Origin: an uncultured Desulfarculus sp.
GTDB taxonomy: Bacteria; Desulfobacterota; Desulfarculia; Desulfarculales; Desulfarculaceae
DNA length: 64,000 bases
Assembly (NCBI GenBank): GCA_963665125.2
Contig: CAXXUK010000002.1
Location: forward strand, 736,001-800,000
Direction of reading: 5' to 3'
This document shows positions 29,707 to 40,182 of this stretch, in pieces. Under the pieces are notes generated by a model. It had not been told where the DNA came from, did not search any database, and saw only the letters and a program-made list of their open reading frames with translations. Position numbers and translations under genes: made by a program. Numbering within the stretch: position 1 is the first letter of the stretch; each line of letters begins with the position of its first letter.

Positions 29707-30893
29707 GAAGCGGCCCCCATGTCATGGACGCCCGGGGCATGCAGCCCGGCTTCAAGGCCCACAAGGAGCGGGGCATCGGCCGCTACGCCAAAAACCTGAT
29801 CTCGGCCATGCAGGAGATAATCGGACCGGAGGGACTGGAGATACTCGTGCAGGGCAACCTGGACGAGCCGGAGATCGACGCGCGGGTCAAGCGGCTCAGG
29901 GCGGGGTACATGCCCCAGTGGCTGCCCTACGGCAAGCGCCTGGCCAGTCATTACTGGCTGGTGCGCCGGCCGCTTCGGACGGCCTGGCGCCAGGGCCGCA
30001 TCGTGCACTTCCTTTCGCACCTCGACGCGCCCTTGTGGCCCCTTTGGCCCACGGTGATCACCGTGCACGACCTCATCGGCCAGCGCATGCCCGAGGTCTA
30101 CGCCCAGGACGTGAGCATGTACCGTTTCCGGCTGGAACGCTGGGTGGAGACCCGCTGCTTCAGCCGGGCGTCCCGGCTCATCGCCGTTAGCCAGTGCACC
30201 AAGGACGATATTGTCGAGCTTTACGGAATCGACCCGGCGCGCATCAGCGTGGTCCACGAGGCCGCCGACCCGGACCTTGCCCCGGTGACGGACCCTGTCC
30301 GGATCGCCGAAATCCTGGCCGCCCACGGTCTGGACCCGGCCAAGCCGTTTTTCTTTTATCTGGGCGGCATCGACCAGCGCAAGGACATGCCCGGCCTGCT
30401 GGAGGCCCTGGCCCAGGTGACTCGCGGGGGCGGCAACGCCGATCTGGTCATCGCCGGCAAGATCAGCGGCGACAAGCAATATCCGGCCTTCATGGAGCAC
30501 ATAAAGCGCCTGGGCCTAGAAAACAGGGTGCGCCAACTAGGCTATGTGCCCGACGAACACCTGCCGGGCCTGTTCTCGGCCTGCACGGCCTTTTTGTTTC
30601 CCAGCCACTACGAGGGCTTCGGCCTGCCGCCCCTGGAGGCCATGGCCTGCGGGGCTCCGGTCATCGCCGCCGCCGCCGCCGCCGTGCCCGAGGTGGTGGC
30701 CGACGCTGGCCTGCTGGTGCCGCCTGGCAAGCCCGCCGAACTGGCCCAAGCCATGGCGCAGGTTCTGGCCCGGCCCGAATTGGTCGCCGAACTACGGGCC
30801 AAGGGGGCCAGGCGCGCCGCCGAGTTCAGTTGGCAGCGGGCCGCCCGGCAGACCCTGGTTATATACCGGGAGGTGCTTGACCATGGAAGGTAG
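29703..30893 (+). CDS. GT4 glycosyltransferase (MtfB/WbpX-like)
   Basis: GIGRY, TVHDL, FPSHYEGFGLPPLEAMACG, FSWQRAA. Confidence 0.92.
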   Translation: MRSGPHVMDARGMQPGFKAHKERGIGRYAKNLISAMQEIIGPEGLEILVQGNLDEPEIDARVKRLRAGYMPQWLPYGKRLASHYWLVRRPLRTAWRQGRIVHFLSHLDAPLWPLWPTVITVHDLIGQRMPEVYAQDVSMYRFRLERWVETRCFSRASRLIAVSQCTKDDIVELYGIDPARISVVHEAADPDLAPVTDPVRIAEILAAHGLDPAKPFFFYLGGIDQRKDMPGLLEALAQVTRGGGNADLVIAGKISGDKQYPAFMEHIKRLGLENRVRQLGYVPDEHLPGLFSACTAFLFPSHYEGFGLPPLEAMACGAPVIAAAAAAVPEVVADAGLLVPPGKPAELAQAMAQVLARPELVAELRAKGARRAAEFSWQRAARQTLVIYREVLDHGR

Positions 30894-32481
30894 CCGCGCC
30901 AGGGATTACGGGCTTTGGCTGTTTGAAACGGCCCTGGCCGCCGTCATTGCCGGGGGGATCTGCTGGCTATGGCCCCGGACCGGCCTCCAGCGCCTGGGCG
31001 AGGAGCAATGGTGGTTCAGCGCTGGCTGGCTGGTGGCCCTGGCCGGTCCGTCGCTGCTGAGGCCCCTGGGGGCCTACCCCCGCGGCCGTAGCGACATGGA
31101 CACCTTCAGCCCCGAGCTTTGCGCCCGGGGTTCGTTTATTCTGGGGGCCTGCTTCGTGGCCGTCATCGCCTGGGGCTCGCATATATTCAATTACAAGCTC
31201 TGGGCCGGCGGGATCTATTTGACCGGAGTGACCCTGCGCCTGGCCGGTGTCAGCATCGGCCTGCGGACTCTATTGATCAACAAGCCCCAAAGGCCCTGGC
31301 TCATCGGCCTGGGCGGTGGCGTGCTGGCCTGGCTGGCCTGCGTCCTGGCCGTGCCCTGGGTCCGGCCGGACCTCACCACCGCCTGGCCGCCCCAGGTGGA
31401 CATGGCCTTGTTGGCGGTATTGGCCAACTCCCTTGCATGGGGCGTGGTCTGTGGTTCGAGCCTGATCATCGTCCAGGCGGTGTACCGCAACCGCCGCAAT
31501 GCCTGGATCGTCTTTTTGGCCATGGCCCTGGGCGTAATGCCTTCGCTGGCCGTCACCTGGTTTACGCCCCTTGGCTGCTGCATCGCGGCGCTTGCCGCCT
31601 TTGTCCTGGCCTTGTTGGCCAATTGGCGGATAAAGGCCGGACGTGACCGGCGGGGTCCTGTGGTCCAGGAGCAGGCCGCGGTGTACTGGCTGCTCAGGGC
31701 GCTGATGCTCTTGTGGTGGGGCGCGGGCCTTGCCATAAGCCTGGAGGTGGCCTGGTGGCAGCCCAACGTGGAGCAGTTGTTCAGCGAGGCCGGCTGGCTT
31801 CGCCTGCTTGGCTTTGGCGCGTTTCTGGTCACCTGCCTGTCGCTGTTGGCGGAATATTCCCTTCCCCTGATCGGCGGGGAAAACGTGGCCCGGCTGCCCA
31901 GGCGGCACAGGCCCTTGGATATCGGCCTGACCATAATCGCCGTGGCGGCGTCGTTGATACCCCTGGGCCTGAAGTACGTTCAGGCACCCCCCGCAGCGGC
32001 CTACAGCCCGCCCAGCAGGGTGGCCATTCTTGAAAAACCGCTGACCCTGGGGCCGGACAACCCGGAAGTCGTTTTGACGGCTCCTGCATGGGTTACGGGC
32101 CTGAGCCGCATCCATGCAATCAGCCATCTCAATGAAGCGGCTGATCTGACCCAGGGCGAGCCAGTGGCTCAGCTTATCGCCACCGACGCCCAGGGAGTGC
32201 CGTACGTGTTTTTACTCCGGGCCGGGGTGGACACCGCTGAAGAAGAATTTGACCGCCGGGCGGTCAACAGCCGGATTGCCCATTCAAAGGCCAGGGTCGC
32301 CGGCTCCCGCACGGTATGCGCCCCCACCGGCGAAGCCTATGAGGCCCACGATTACTACACCGGCCTGTTCCTAGGCCGCCGGGTGGGATCATTGGTTGAT
32401 GTGACTCTGCGCTATGTCTATAAAAACCAAGCCGGTAAAGAGCCGGTTCTCATGACCATCCAAAAGATCGGCCTGGAATAG
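30883..32481 (+). CDS. Polytopic membrane protein with C-terminal soluble domain
   Basis: Many hydrophobic segments from MEGSR at 30883; overlaps the upstream stop; contains LRAGVDTAE. Confidence 0.7.
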   Translation: MEGSRARDYGLWLFETALAAVIAGGICWLWPRTGLQRLGEEQWWFSAGWLVALAGPSLLRPLGAYPRGRSDMDTFSPELCARGSFILGACFVAVIAWGSHIFNYKLWAGGIYLTGVTLRLAGVSIGLRTLLINKPQRPWLIGLGGGVLAWLACVLAVPWVRPDLTTAWPPQVDMALLAVLANSLAWGVVCGSSLIIVQAVYRNRRNAWIVFLAMALGVMPSLAVTWFTPLGCCIAALAAFVLALLANWRIKAGRDRRGPVVQEQAAVYWLLRALMLLWWGAGLAISLEVAWWQPNVEQLFSEAGWLRLLGFGAFLVTCLSLLAEYSLPLIGGENVARLPRRHRPLDIGLTIIAVAASLIPLGLKYVQAPPAAAYSPPSRVAILEKPLTLGPDNPEVVLTAPAWVTGLSRIHAISHLNEAADLTQGEPVAQLIATDAQGVPYVFLLRAGVDTAEEEFDRRAVNSRIAHSKARVAGSRTVCAPTGEAYEAHDYYTGLFLGRRVGSLVDVTLRYVYKNQAGKEPVLMTIQKIGLE

Positions 32482-32492
32482 GACGCGTCCGC

Positions 32493-33449
32493 TCAAATCA
32501 GGCTGTAGGCGAATTGTTCGAAAAGCTCCGGCGAAAACTTGCCAGCCAGCATGTCGCCCTTTAGCAGTGTGAGGGTGTCCAGGGGGCTCATGGGCTTGCG
32601 GTAGACCCGTTCATCGCTGGTCAGGGCCTCGTAGCAGTCCACCAGGCCCACAACCTGGCCCACATAAGATACATCGGTGATGCCAAAGGGATATCCGCTG
32701 CCGTCTATCTTCTCATGGTGTTCGCCAATGGCCTCGGCCACGGCGGGCGGAAAATGGTCCTCGTCGATGTGCTCCAGGCCCTTCAGGGGATGTTTGCGGA
32801 TCTCGCGGAACTCTTCGTCGGTCAGTTTACGTTGGGCCTTGAGAATATTCTGGTCTATGAACAGCTTGCCCAAGTCGTGCAGCAGGCCCCCGAGCCCGAT
32901 TTCGGCCACTTCCTGTTGGGTGTGCTTTTGGTGCAGGCAAAAGGCGATGACCAAAGCGGCCACGTTGACCGAGTGCATGGCCGTGGAATAATCCATGTCG
33001 GCCATCAGGGCCAGTTGAATAAGGGAGTTGCGATTGTCGGCATAGGCCGAGACAAGGGTTTTTACCGTATCGGCGAGCCCGTCGAGGTTGCCCGCCCGGG
33101 GGTCGGCGAAGGTCTCCTCCACCACCTGCACGACGACGGTTTTAACCAGGGCGGCATCGCCGGCAATGGCCGCCTGGACGAGCTGCTGATTCAAGGCTCC
33201 CTGGACCTCGCCGATTGCCGAGAGCTTGTCCCCGCGTAGGGCAAAGATGTCTTTGGGAAGATTGTCGTCGGTATAACCCATCTCGGGCAGGGTGACTCCG
33301 CGCTTTTTCAGTGTAACCAATTTGCCGGATTTGTGTTGGGTGTACAGGGGAATGCTGCGGTAATACCAAACCTGGGGTTTGCGAACCCGTTGCAAATCGC
33401 TTTGTACTGTGTCCGGAACAGTTGACGACTTCATGCCATCCGGTACCAA
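32493..33449 (-). CDS. HD-GYP c-di-GMP phosphodiesterase
   Basis: HSVNV, LLHDLGK, HHEKIDGSGYP, DCYEALTS.R.Y. Confidence 0.9.
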   Translation of the reverse strand: MVPDGMKSSTVPDTVQSDLQRVRKPQVWYYRSIPLYTQHKSGKLVTLKKRGVTLPEMGYTDDNLPKDIFALRGDKLSAIGEVQGALNQQLVQAAIAGDAALVKTVVVQVVEETFADPRAGNLDGLADTVKTLVSAYADNRNSLIQLALMADMDYSTAMHSVNVAALVIAFCLHQKHTQQEVAEIGLGGLLHDLGKLFIDQNILKAQRKLTDEEFREIRKHPLKGLEHIDEDHFPPAVAEAIGEHHEKIDGSGYPFGITDVSYVGQVVGLVDCYEALTSDERVYRKPMSPLDTLTLLKGDMLAGKFSPELFEQFAYSLI

Positions 33450-33526
33450 TTCGGTTCTTCCTGGGCCGTATTTACGCTTTATTGTGACATTGGGGTGATA
33501 ATTTAATTATAGGTGAAATCGATTTT

Positions 33527-34309
33527 CTAGCTACGCAAAAGTTTGGAGATCCAATCGCCCGTCCGCTCCAAGGCCTCGTCTGTAATTCTGTCGGCACGCT
33601 TCATGTCTCCGGCCAGACAGGCCTTTGTGGCCGCAACCTTCAGACTCAGGGCCTTTTGCGGCCCCAAAGCCAGCCAGGCCGCGGCATAGGATATATCGCC
33701 GCCCCATTGGCTGAACAGCTCCTCACCGGGCAGACCGTCTGCCATGTCCGCCAGATCGTCTTCAAGCCGGTCCAGGTCGCCGTCCTTCGGGGCATGACTG
33801 TCGTAAATCGGCCGCACGCAGCGGCAGTATTCAGGGCCCGGAGCAAGGACCTCCGAGGGTAGTTTCACGCCCATGGAGGCCCAGGCCTTGGCGGTTTGGC
33901 GTGCGGCATCAACCGCACCGGACCTGCGCTGTTCATAGGCCGTCGGCGACCACAGGCCATAGGCCCGGCAGCCCAGAAACCGGCGGGGATAGATGCTGCA
34001 ACGGCCCGGCTCCAGCCAGGGGCACTCTCTACGCTGGGCGGCGTTGAAAAGGAAATGCTCCACCAGGCGGACGGCCTGGTGTCTTGCTTCATCTATGGGC
34101 AGGGCGATAAGTTCGGAAAGCCAGACCAGTAATTCGATGTGCTGGACCGGGGGCAAAAGGCCGCAGCAAAGGCCCCGTCGCTGGCATGTGGTATCGGGCA
34201 AACGACCGTAGACGCGGCTCAGCGCGCTACGGTCGTTTGTGTGATTCAACTTTTTCAGGGCCTGCTCAATACCCGGAGGTAAATGCCGGTTTGTGGCAAA
34301 GTCCCCCAT
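33527..34309 (-). CDS. YkgJ/CxxCxxCC-type Cys-cluster protein
   Basis: CQRRGLCC, CPWL..CSIYPRRFLGCRAYG. Confidence 0.75.
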   Translation of the reverse strand: MGDFATNRHLPPGIEQALKKLNHTNDRSALSRVYGRLPDTTCQRRGLCCGLLPPVQHIELLVWLSELIALPIDEARHQAVRLVEHFLFNAAQRRECPWLEPGRCSIYPRRFLGCRAYGLWSPTAYEQRRSGAVDAARQTAKAWASMGVKLPSEVLAPGPEYCRCVRPIYDSHAPKDGDLDRLEDDLADMADGLPGEELFSQWGGDISYAAAWLALGPQKALSLKVAATKACLAGDMKRADRITDEALERTGDWISKLLRS

Positions 34310-34327
34310 TAATGAGCGATATAACTG

Positions 34328-34510
34328 CTAGCCGTTTTGCTTTGCTTCGCTGCAACCAGCGGGAGCGTAAGAGGCCAACAGGCTTTCAACATCTGCCTTG
34401 CGCAGGGAAACCTGGCCGCAACGGTCACAGATTACAGTGTGGTCATCGATGCCGGTGATGCGCTTTTCAACATTTTCGCAGTTGGTGCAAACATATTCGA
34501 AAACAGGCAT
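34328..34510 (-). CDS. FmdB-family zinc-ribbon protein
   Basis: MPVFEYVCTNC...ICDRCG; start moved to ATG 34510. Confidence 0.8.
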   Translation of the reverse strand: MPVFEYVCTNCENVEKRITGIDDHTVICDRCGQVSLRKADVESLLASYAPAGCSEAKQNG

Positions 34511-34571
34511 TTTAAACTCCAGTGCTTTGTTCCTGCGGCAACAGCAGTGCGTTTCAGTTGCCATTATATAA

Positions 34572-34587
34572 AGCAATGGGTGTGCCA
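34572..34587 (-). promoter_or_regulatory. Sigma54 -24/-12 promoter of the zinc-ribbon gene
   Basis: Minus strand reads TGGCACACCCATTGCT, matching TGGCAC-N5-TTGCW. Confidence 0.8.
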
Positions 34588-34789
34588 AATTTGAAGTAAT
34601 CTGCTGTCTCATATATAACATGCCGAAAATATTATAGATATGTCAGGAGTTGGTTTAGGGCGCAGCAGGCGGACTATGTTCACATAATCACATTTTGGGA
34701 AAAAAAACGGCGTTTCGCCCCGCCTTGCGGGGTAAAATGCCCCATTGAATCACAATTCAGCGCATTTTTCACAATGTCGGCCTGGGACT

Positions 34790-35560
34790 CTATTCCGGCA
34801 ACTTCGGCAACCAACCCCGGCTGAGCATCGCGTCCAGGGCCTGATTGTGGGTCATGTCGTGGCGTAGGGGAGTGATGGTCACATAACCATCTAACAGAGA
34901 AGGATAATCCGTCTCCGGGCCGCCCTCTATGCCCATGGATTCGCCGGCCTGCCAGTAATAGGCCCGGCCCCAGGGGTCTTCCCGGCGCAGGAATGTCTCG
35001 CCCAGCCTGGCCCGGGACTGGCGCACGAAACGCACGCCCTTTATCTGGTCCACCGTAAGGTTGGGTATGTTGATGTTCAGGCTGACATCCGGCGGCGGGG
35101 CGAACTCCGGGTACTGCTCGATTAGACGGGCGGCCACCTTGGCGGCGTGGCCGAAATCGCGGCTTTTATGGCTGGACATGGAAAAGGCCATGGAGCTCAG
35201 GCCCATGATGGTGGCTTCGGTGGCGGCGCTGACCGTGCCGGAGTACAGCACGTTGACCCCCACGTTGGCTCCCTGGTTGATGCCGCTTACCACCAGATCA
35301 GGTGTGAAATCCATCAATTCGCTGAGGGCAAGCTTGACGCAGTCGGCGGGCGTGCCGGCCACTGCAAAGCCGTTCATGTCCGAAGGCCCGTTCAAGGGCC
35401 GGACCTTGATGGGGTCGGCCAAGGTGATGGAATGGCCCACGGCGGATTGCTCGGTTTCCGGCGCGGCCACGAACACATCGTGGGTTTCCCTGAGGGCCTT
35501 GTGCAGGGCCCTGATTCCCGGCGCGAATACGCCGTCATCGTTTGTCAGTAAAATACGCAT
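34790..35560 (-). CDS. surE: 5'/3'-nucleotidase SurE
   Basis: ILLTNDDG, GTPADCV, SGINQGAN, YSGTVSAA. Confidence 0.96.
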   Translation of the reverse strand: MRILLTNDDGVFAPGIRALHKALRETHDVFVAAPETEQSAVGHSITLADPIKVRPLNGPSDMNGFAVAGTPADCVKLALSELMDFTPDLVVSGINQGANVGVNVLYSGTVSAATEATIMGLSSMAFSMSSHKSRDFGHAAKVAARLIEQYPEFAPPPDVSLNINIPNLTVDQIKGVRFVRQSRARLGETFLRREDPWGRAYYWQAGESMGIEGGPETDYPSLLDGYVTITPLRHDMTHNQALDAMLSRGWLPKLPE

Positions 35561-35734
35561 GATAACCGAAGTCTAATCCCGGCTAAAAAAGGTGTCAATC
35601 AAATGCGCCACCCGTGATTTGACTTTAACCTGATCGTGCTTAAATTGTATACAAAATCGTTTGGGGCGTTTTTCCCAAAGGCCCCCCGCATCATCCGATG
35701 CTTTCGCAGATCCTGTCAGAGTTGGGGTGTATAC

Positions 35735-36541
35735 ATGGCTGCAACAGGTTATGTCCACGGGTATTCGCAAACAGAGGCCGAGCGCCTTTCCGACCAGGCC
35801 CAGACCCTGGCCTCCATGCTTCACGAAGGGGTGATATTCCCCACCGGGTCAAAAGTGCTGGAGGCTGGCTGCGGAGTGGGGGCCCAGACCCAGTATCTAG
35901 CATACTCCAGCCCGGAGGCCCGGATCACCAGCGTGGATATTTCGCCGGAGTCGCTGGCCCTGGCCCAAAAACGCATCAAGGAGTTGGGCCATGGAAACGT
36001 TGAATTCATCCAGGGCGACATCTTCGACCTGCCCTTTGCCGAGGCCAGCTTTGACCACGCCTTTGTCTGCTTCGTGCTGGAACATCTGGCCGAGCCGGAA
36101 AAGGCCCTGGCCGCCGTGCGCCGGATGATCAAGCCGGGCGGCACACTTACGGTCATCGAGGGCGACCACGGCTCGTGCTATTTTCACCCCGAGACGCCCG
36201 AGGCCAGGGCCGCGTGGCAGTGCCTGATAGACTCCCAGGCCGCCCTGGGCGGTGACTCGCTCATCGGCCGCAGGCTCTATCCGCTGTTGGCCGGGGCCGG
36301 TTTCAGTGAAATAAACGTGCGCCCGGTGCCGATTTATGCCGACGGCAGCTTGCCCCACATGGCCGACGGTTTTACCTTGAAAACAATCTGCGCCATGGTC
36401 GAGGGAGTGCAGGAACAGTCACTGGCCACGGGTCTTATTGATGAGGCCGTTTGGCGCAAAGGCACGGCGGATTTGCGCCGCACTGCTGAAGATGACGGTG
36501 TATTCTGTTATACCTTTTTCAAGGGCGTTGCCCGCAAATAG
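35735..36541 (+). CDS. Class I SAM-dependent methyltransferase
   Basis: [21 protein letters not shown]; start MAATG at 35735. Confidence 0.88.
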   Translation: MAATGYVHGYSQTEAERLSDQAQTLASMLHEGVIFPTGSKVLEAGCGVGAQTQYLAYSSPEARITSVDISPESLALAQKRIKELGHGNVEFIQGDIFDLPFAEASFDHAFVCFVLEHLAEPEKALAAVRRMIKPGGTLTVIEGDHGSCYFHPETPEARAAWQCLIDSQAALGGDSLIGRRLYPLLAGAGFSEINVRPVPIYADGSLPHMADGFTLKTICAMVEGVQEQSLATGLIDEAVWRKGTADLRRTAEDDGVFCYTFFKGVARK

Positions 36542-36581
36542 ACAATCCGCGCCCCCGGGCGCTACTGGAGAGCCGAAACAT

Positions 36582-37556
36582 ATGAACCGTATCAAGACCG
36601 TATTGCTCCTGGGCCTGCTCACCGGCGTGCTTGTCGCCATCGGCGGGGCCATCGGCGGCCGGATGGGCATGATCATCGCCCTGATCCTGGCAACGGCCAT
36701 GAACTTCTTTTCATACTGGTATTCCGACAAGATCGTCCTGAAGGCCTACCGGGCCCAACCCCTGGAAGAACACCAGGCCCCGCGGCTTTTCGCCATAGTC
36801 CGCGACCTGACCGGCCGGGCCGGCCTGCCCATGCCCCGCATCGCGGTGATCCCCGACTCCACACCCAACGCCTTTGCCACGGGCCGCAACCCGGACAACG
36901 CCGTGGTGGCCGTGACCCAGGGCATCGTCGACCTTCTCAGCGAGCGGGAGTTGCGGGGCGTTTTGTCCCATGAACTGGGCCACGTCAAGGACCGCGACAT
37001 CCTGGTAAGCTCCGTGGCCGCCACCATCGCCGGGGCGATCATGGTCCTGGCCTCCATGGCCCGCTGGGCCATGATTTTCGGCGGGTCCCGCGACGACGAC
37101 GAGGGCGGCGCGGGCATCCTGGGCCTGCTTATGATGTCGATCATCGCGCCCCTGGCGGCCATGCTGATCCAGATGGCCATCAGCCGCAGCCGGGAATACC
37201 TGGCCGACCGCGAAGGCGCCGAGATGAGCGAGGACCCCGGCGCCCTGGCCGACGCCCTGGCCAAGCTGCAAAGCGCCAACCAAGCGCATCCCATGCAATC
37301 GGCAAAGCCCCAGAGCGCCCACCTGTTCATAGTCAATCCGCTCAGCGCCAAGGGCATGGCCAATCTGTTTTCGACCCATCCACCCATTGAAGAACGCATC
37401 GGCCGCTTGCGGGCCATGGGCGGCGGTTCGGGCTACAGCGGCGGCCGGGGCAGGGTGAACGTGGCCCCGCCGTCTCCGCCTCCCCCGCCCGGACCTTCCG
37501 CCGGGTCTTCAACGTCAAACCGGCCCGGTGGCGGCGGCAAGATTGACTGGAGTTAA
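36582..37556 (+). CDS. htpX: Zinc metalloprotease HtpX
   Basis: [30 protein letters not shown]; Gly/Pro-rich tail. Confidence 0.95.
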   Translation: MNRIKTVLLLGLLTGVLVAIGGAIGGRMGMIIALILATAMNFFSYWYSDKIVLKAYRAQPLEEHQAPRLFAIVRDLTGRAGLPMPRIAVIPDSTPNAFATGRNPDNAVVAVTQGIVDLLSERELRGVLSHELGHVKDRDILVSSVAATIAGAIMVLASMARWAMIFGGSRDDDEGGAGILGLLMMSIIAPLAAMLIQMAISRSREYLADREGAEMSEDPGALADALAKLQSANQAHPMQSAKPQSAHLFIVNPLSAKGMANLFSTHPPIEERIGRLRAMGGGSGYSGGRGRVNVAPPSPPPPPGPSAGSSTSNRPGGGGKIDWS

Positions 37557-37560
37557 CTTG

Positions 37561-38918
37561 ATGAACATCAGGCATTGGGGCATCATCGCCCTGGCCTTCG
37601 TCCTGGCCCTGTGCCTGGCGGCGGCCCCGGCATTGGCGAAACAGCAGAGCCCGGTGGTCAGGGCCGTCAAAAACGTGGGCCCGGCCGTGGTAAACATATC
37701 CACCACGGGCATTGTCAAGCGTTCGTTTGCCACCGGCGACCCGCTGATGGACCGCTTTTTCCAGGACATGTTCCGGCCCATGGTCCGGCGGCAAACCACC
37801 CTGGGCAGCGGCGTGATCATCGACGGCAAACGCGGGCTCATCATCACCAATCATCATGTGGTGGACGAGGCCTCGGAGATCAAGGTCCAGTTGGCCGATC
37901 GCCGGGTGTTCACGGCCAAACCGGTGGGCGCCGATCCCCATAGCGATTTGGCGCTGCTGCGCATAGACACCAGCGACAACCTGCCCCAGGTGGAGATAGC
38001 CCAGGGCGAGCCTCTGATGATCGGCGAGACGGTCATCGCCATCGCAACCCCTTCGGTCTGCAACACACCGTCACCGCGGGCGTGGTCAGCGCCCTGGGCC
38101 GCAGGGTGCCCATCGGCCCGGATGAGTGGATGACCGGCCTGATCCAGACCGACGCCAGCATCAATCCGGGCAATTCCGGCGGGCCCTTGGTGGACACCGA
38201 CGGCAAGGTGGTTGGCATCAATACGGCCATCTTCCAACGGGCCCAGGGCATCGGTTTCGCCGTTCCCGCCGGGCGGGTGCGGCGGGTGGTCCAGGCGCTT
38301 TTGAAGGGCGCGCCGCCCCGGCCCATGTGGATCGGCGTGGGGGCCCAGGACCTGACGCCGGACCTGGCCCAGGCATTCGGCCTGCACGCGGCCTCAGGTG
38401 TTTTGATCAAGGACGTTTTGCCCGACAGCCCGGCCGCCGACGCCGGTCTCAAGCGCGGGCTGGTGATCTTGAGTGTTGACGGGCAGCCCCTGTTGGACCG
38501 CATGCACCTGATGGACATGCTGGACCAGACGCCGCCCGACGGCAGCCTGGCCTTTGAATGCACCGACGGCTACAAGACCTACCGGCTGGAGGTGAGGCCC
38601 GAGGAATTCCCCGAGAGCATGGCCCGCCGCATTGCCTGGGAGCGGCTGGGCCTGAGCCTGCGGGAAATGACCGACGCCGACGCCCGGCGCCATGGCGTGC
38701 GGCCCGGAGGCGCGGTGGTGGTGGACCAGGTGCGGGCCGGATCGCCCTGCGACGAGATCGGCCTACAGGCCGACGACCTGCTGTTGGGTGTCTGCGGGCG
38801 ACCCACGGCGACCCTGGACGAACTGCGCAATCAGGTGGCCCGTTGCCGCTTCAACGACACACTCAGCGTTACGGCCCAACGGGGCCGGGTGACCAGGACA
38901 ATAAGGCTCAAAGATTAG
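37561..38918 (+). pseudogene. degP: DegP/HtrA serine protease with two PDZ domains, split by a 1-bp deletion at about 38044 (or a sequencing error)
   Basis: LGSGVII, TNHHVV and DLALL in one frame; [15 protein letters not shown] in another. Adding one G to ATCGCAACCCC restores [23 protein letters not shown]. Confidence 0.88.
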
Positions 38919-38936
38919 CGCAATAACTAATGAAAT

Positions 38937-38987
38937 ATGCCGTCAGCCAAGGCTTTTTACGCAATGGCTGACGGCATGTTGTTTTTG
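38937..38987. terminator. Hairpin between convergent degP and gcvH
   Basis: ATGCCGTCAGCCA...TGGCTGACGGCAT followed by GTTGTTTTT. Confidence 0.7.
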
Positions 38988-39003
38988 ATGGCGGGCGCGG
39001 GGG

Positions 39004-39384
39004 TTATCCGATGGCGGCCTTGTAGGCGGCGGCGTCCATCAGCGAGTCCAATTGGGCCGGGTCGTCCAGCTTGATCCGGGCCAGCCAACCCGCGCCGTAG
39101 GGATCGTTGTTCAGCGCCGAGGGGTCGTCGTCCAGGGCCGCGTTGGCCTCCAGGACCAAACCGCTGACCGGGGCGATAAGGTCGCTGACGCTCTTGGCGC
39201 TTTCGATGGCCCCCATCTCCGAACCGGCCTCCAACTCGTCATCCTCTTCGGGCAGGTCTACATAGACCACCTTGCCCAATTGATCCTGGGCAAAGTCGCT
39301 GATGCCCACGGTGACTTCGGCATCGTCCAGGCGGCGCACCCACAGGTGTTCGGCGTGATACAAAAGATCGTCGGGAAAAGTCAT
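39004..39384 (-). CDS. gcvH: Glycine cleavage H / lipoyl carrier protein
   Basis: VGISDFAQDQLG, IESAKSVSD, NDPYGAGW; start MTFPDD at 39384. Confidence 0.93.
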   Translation of the reverse strand: MTFPDDLLYHAEHLWVRRLDDAEVTVGISDFAQDQLGKVVYVDLPEEDDELEAGSEMGAIESAKSVSDLIAPVSGLVLEANAALDDDPSALNNDPYGAGWLARIKLDDPAQLDSLMDAAAYKAAIG

Positions 39385-40166
39385 GTCAGGCTCCCTTGCT
39401 TGAGGCTTCTGCGCCACAGGAAAAACAAAACAACCGCACTGCCCAGGGCCAGGCACCCGGCGAACACCGCCGTGGGGGCGACGTCGCCGAACAGTGGCTC
39501 ACCCCGGAAATCGTCGCGGAACTGCTCGATGATCATCCGGGCGATGCCGTGCAACATTGTGTAGGTGAAAAACACCTGTCCGTAAAACCGGCGGCGTTTG
39601 CGTATTATCAAGGTGATTATGAAGATCAGAATCAGCGCGGCCGATGTATAGAGCTGGGTCGGATGCAGGGGCACGTCTTTGGGGGCCAGGCTTCCGGGGT
39701 TGGTGAATGTAACCGCGCATATGCCGCCCTCCCAGGGTTTGCCGTAGCAGCATCCTGCCATGAAGCAGCCGATGCGGCCGATGGCTTGGCCCAGGGGCGC
39801 GATGACTCCGGCGATGTCCATAAGCCTGAGCGTGGGCAGCTTGTAATGGCGGATCATGATAACGGCCACGGGCAGGCCCACGGCGATGCCGCCGTAGAAA
39901 ACCAGGCCGCCCTGCCACAGGAAGAAAAACTCATACCATGGCTGGTATTGCAGCTTGTCCCACTCGATGATGTAGAAGGCAAGGCGGGTGCCCAGCAGGC
40001 CGCTGAGCATGGTGATTACGCCGACATTGGTGCACTTGTCCGGGTCCAGGCCGTCTTTATGGACCAGGTACAGGCCGAAGAACATGCACGCGGCCGTGCC
40101 CAGGGCCACGAACACGCCATAGCTGTAGAGAGTGAAAGAGCCTATCTGCAGGAGAATGGGATGCAT
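39381..40166 (-). CDS. lgt: Prolipoprotein diacylglyceryl transferase
   Basis: WQGGLVFYGG, IGRIGCFMAGCCYG, HPTQLY, RMIIEQFR. Confidence 0.95.
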   Translation of the reverse strand: MHPILLQIGSFTLYSYGVFVALGTAACMFFGLYLVHKDGLDPDKCTNVGVITMLSGLLGTRLAFYIIEWDKLQYQPWYEFFFLWQGGLVFYGGIAVGLPVAVIMIRHYKLPTLRLMDIAGVIAPLGQAIGRIGCFMAGCCYGKPWEGGICAVTFTNPGSLAPKDVPLHPTQLYTSAALILIFIITLIIRKRRRFYGQVFFTYTMLHGIARMIIEQFRDDFRGEPLFGDVAPTAVFAGCLALGSAVVLFFLWRRSLKQGSLT

Positions 40167-40182
40167 TGGGATCTCCGGAGGT

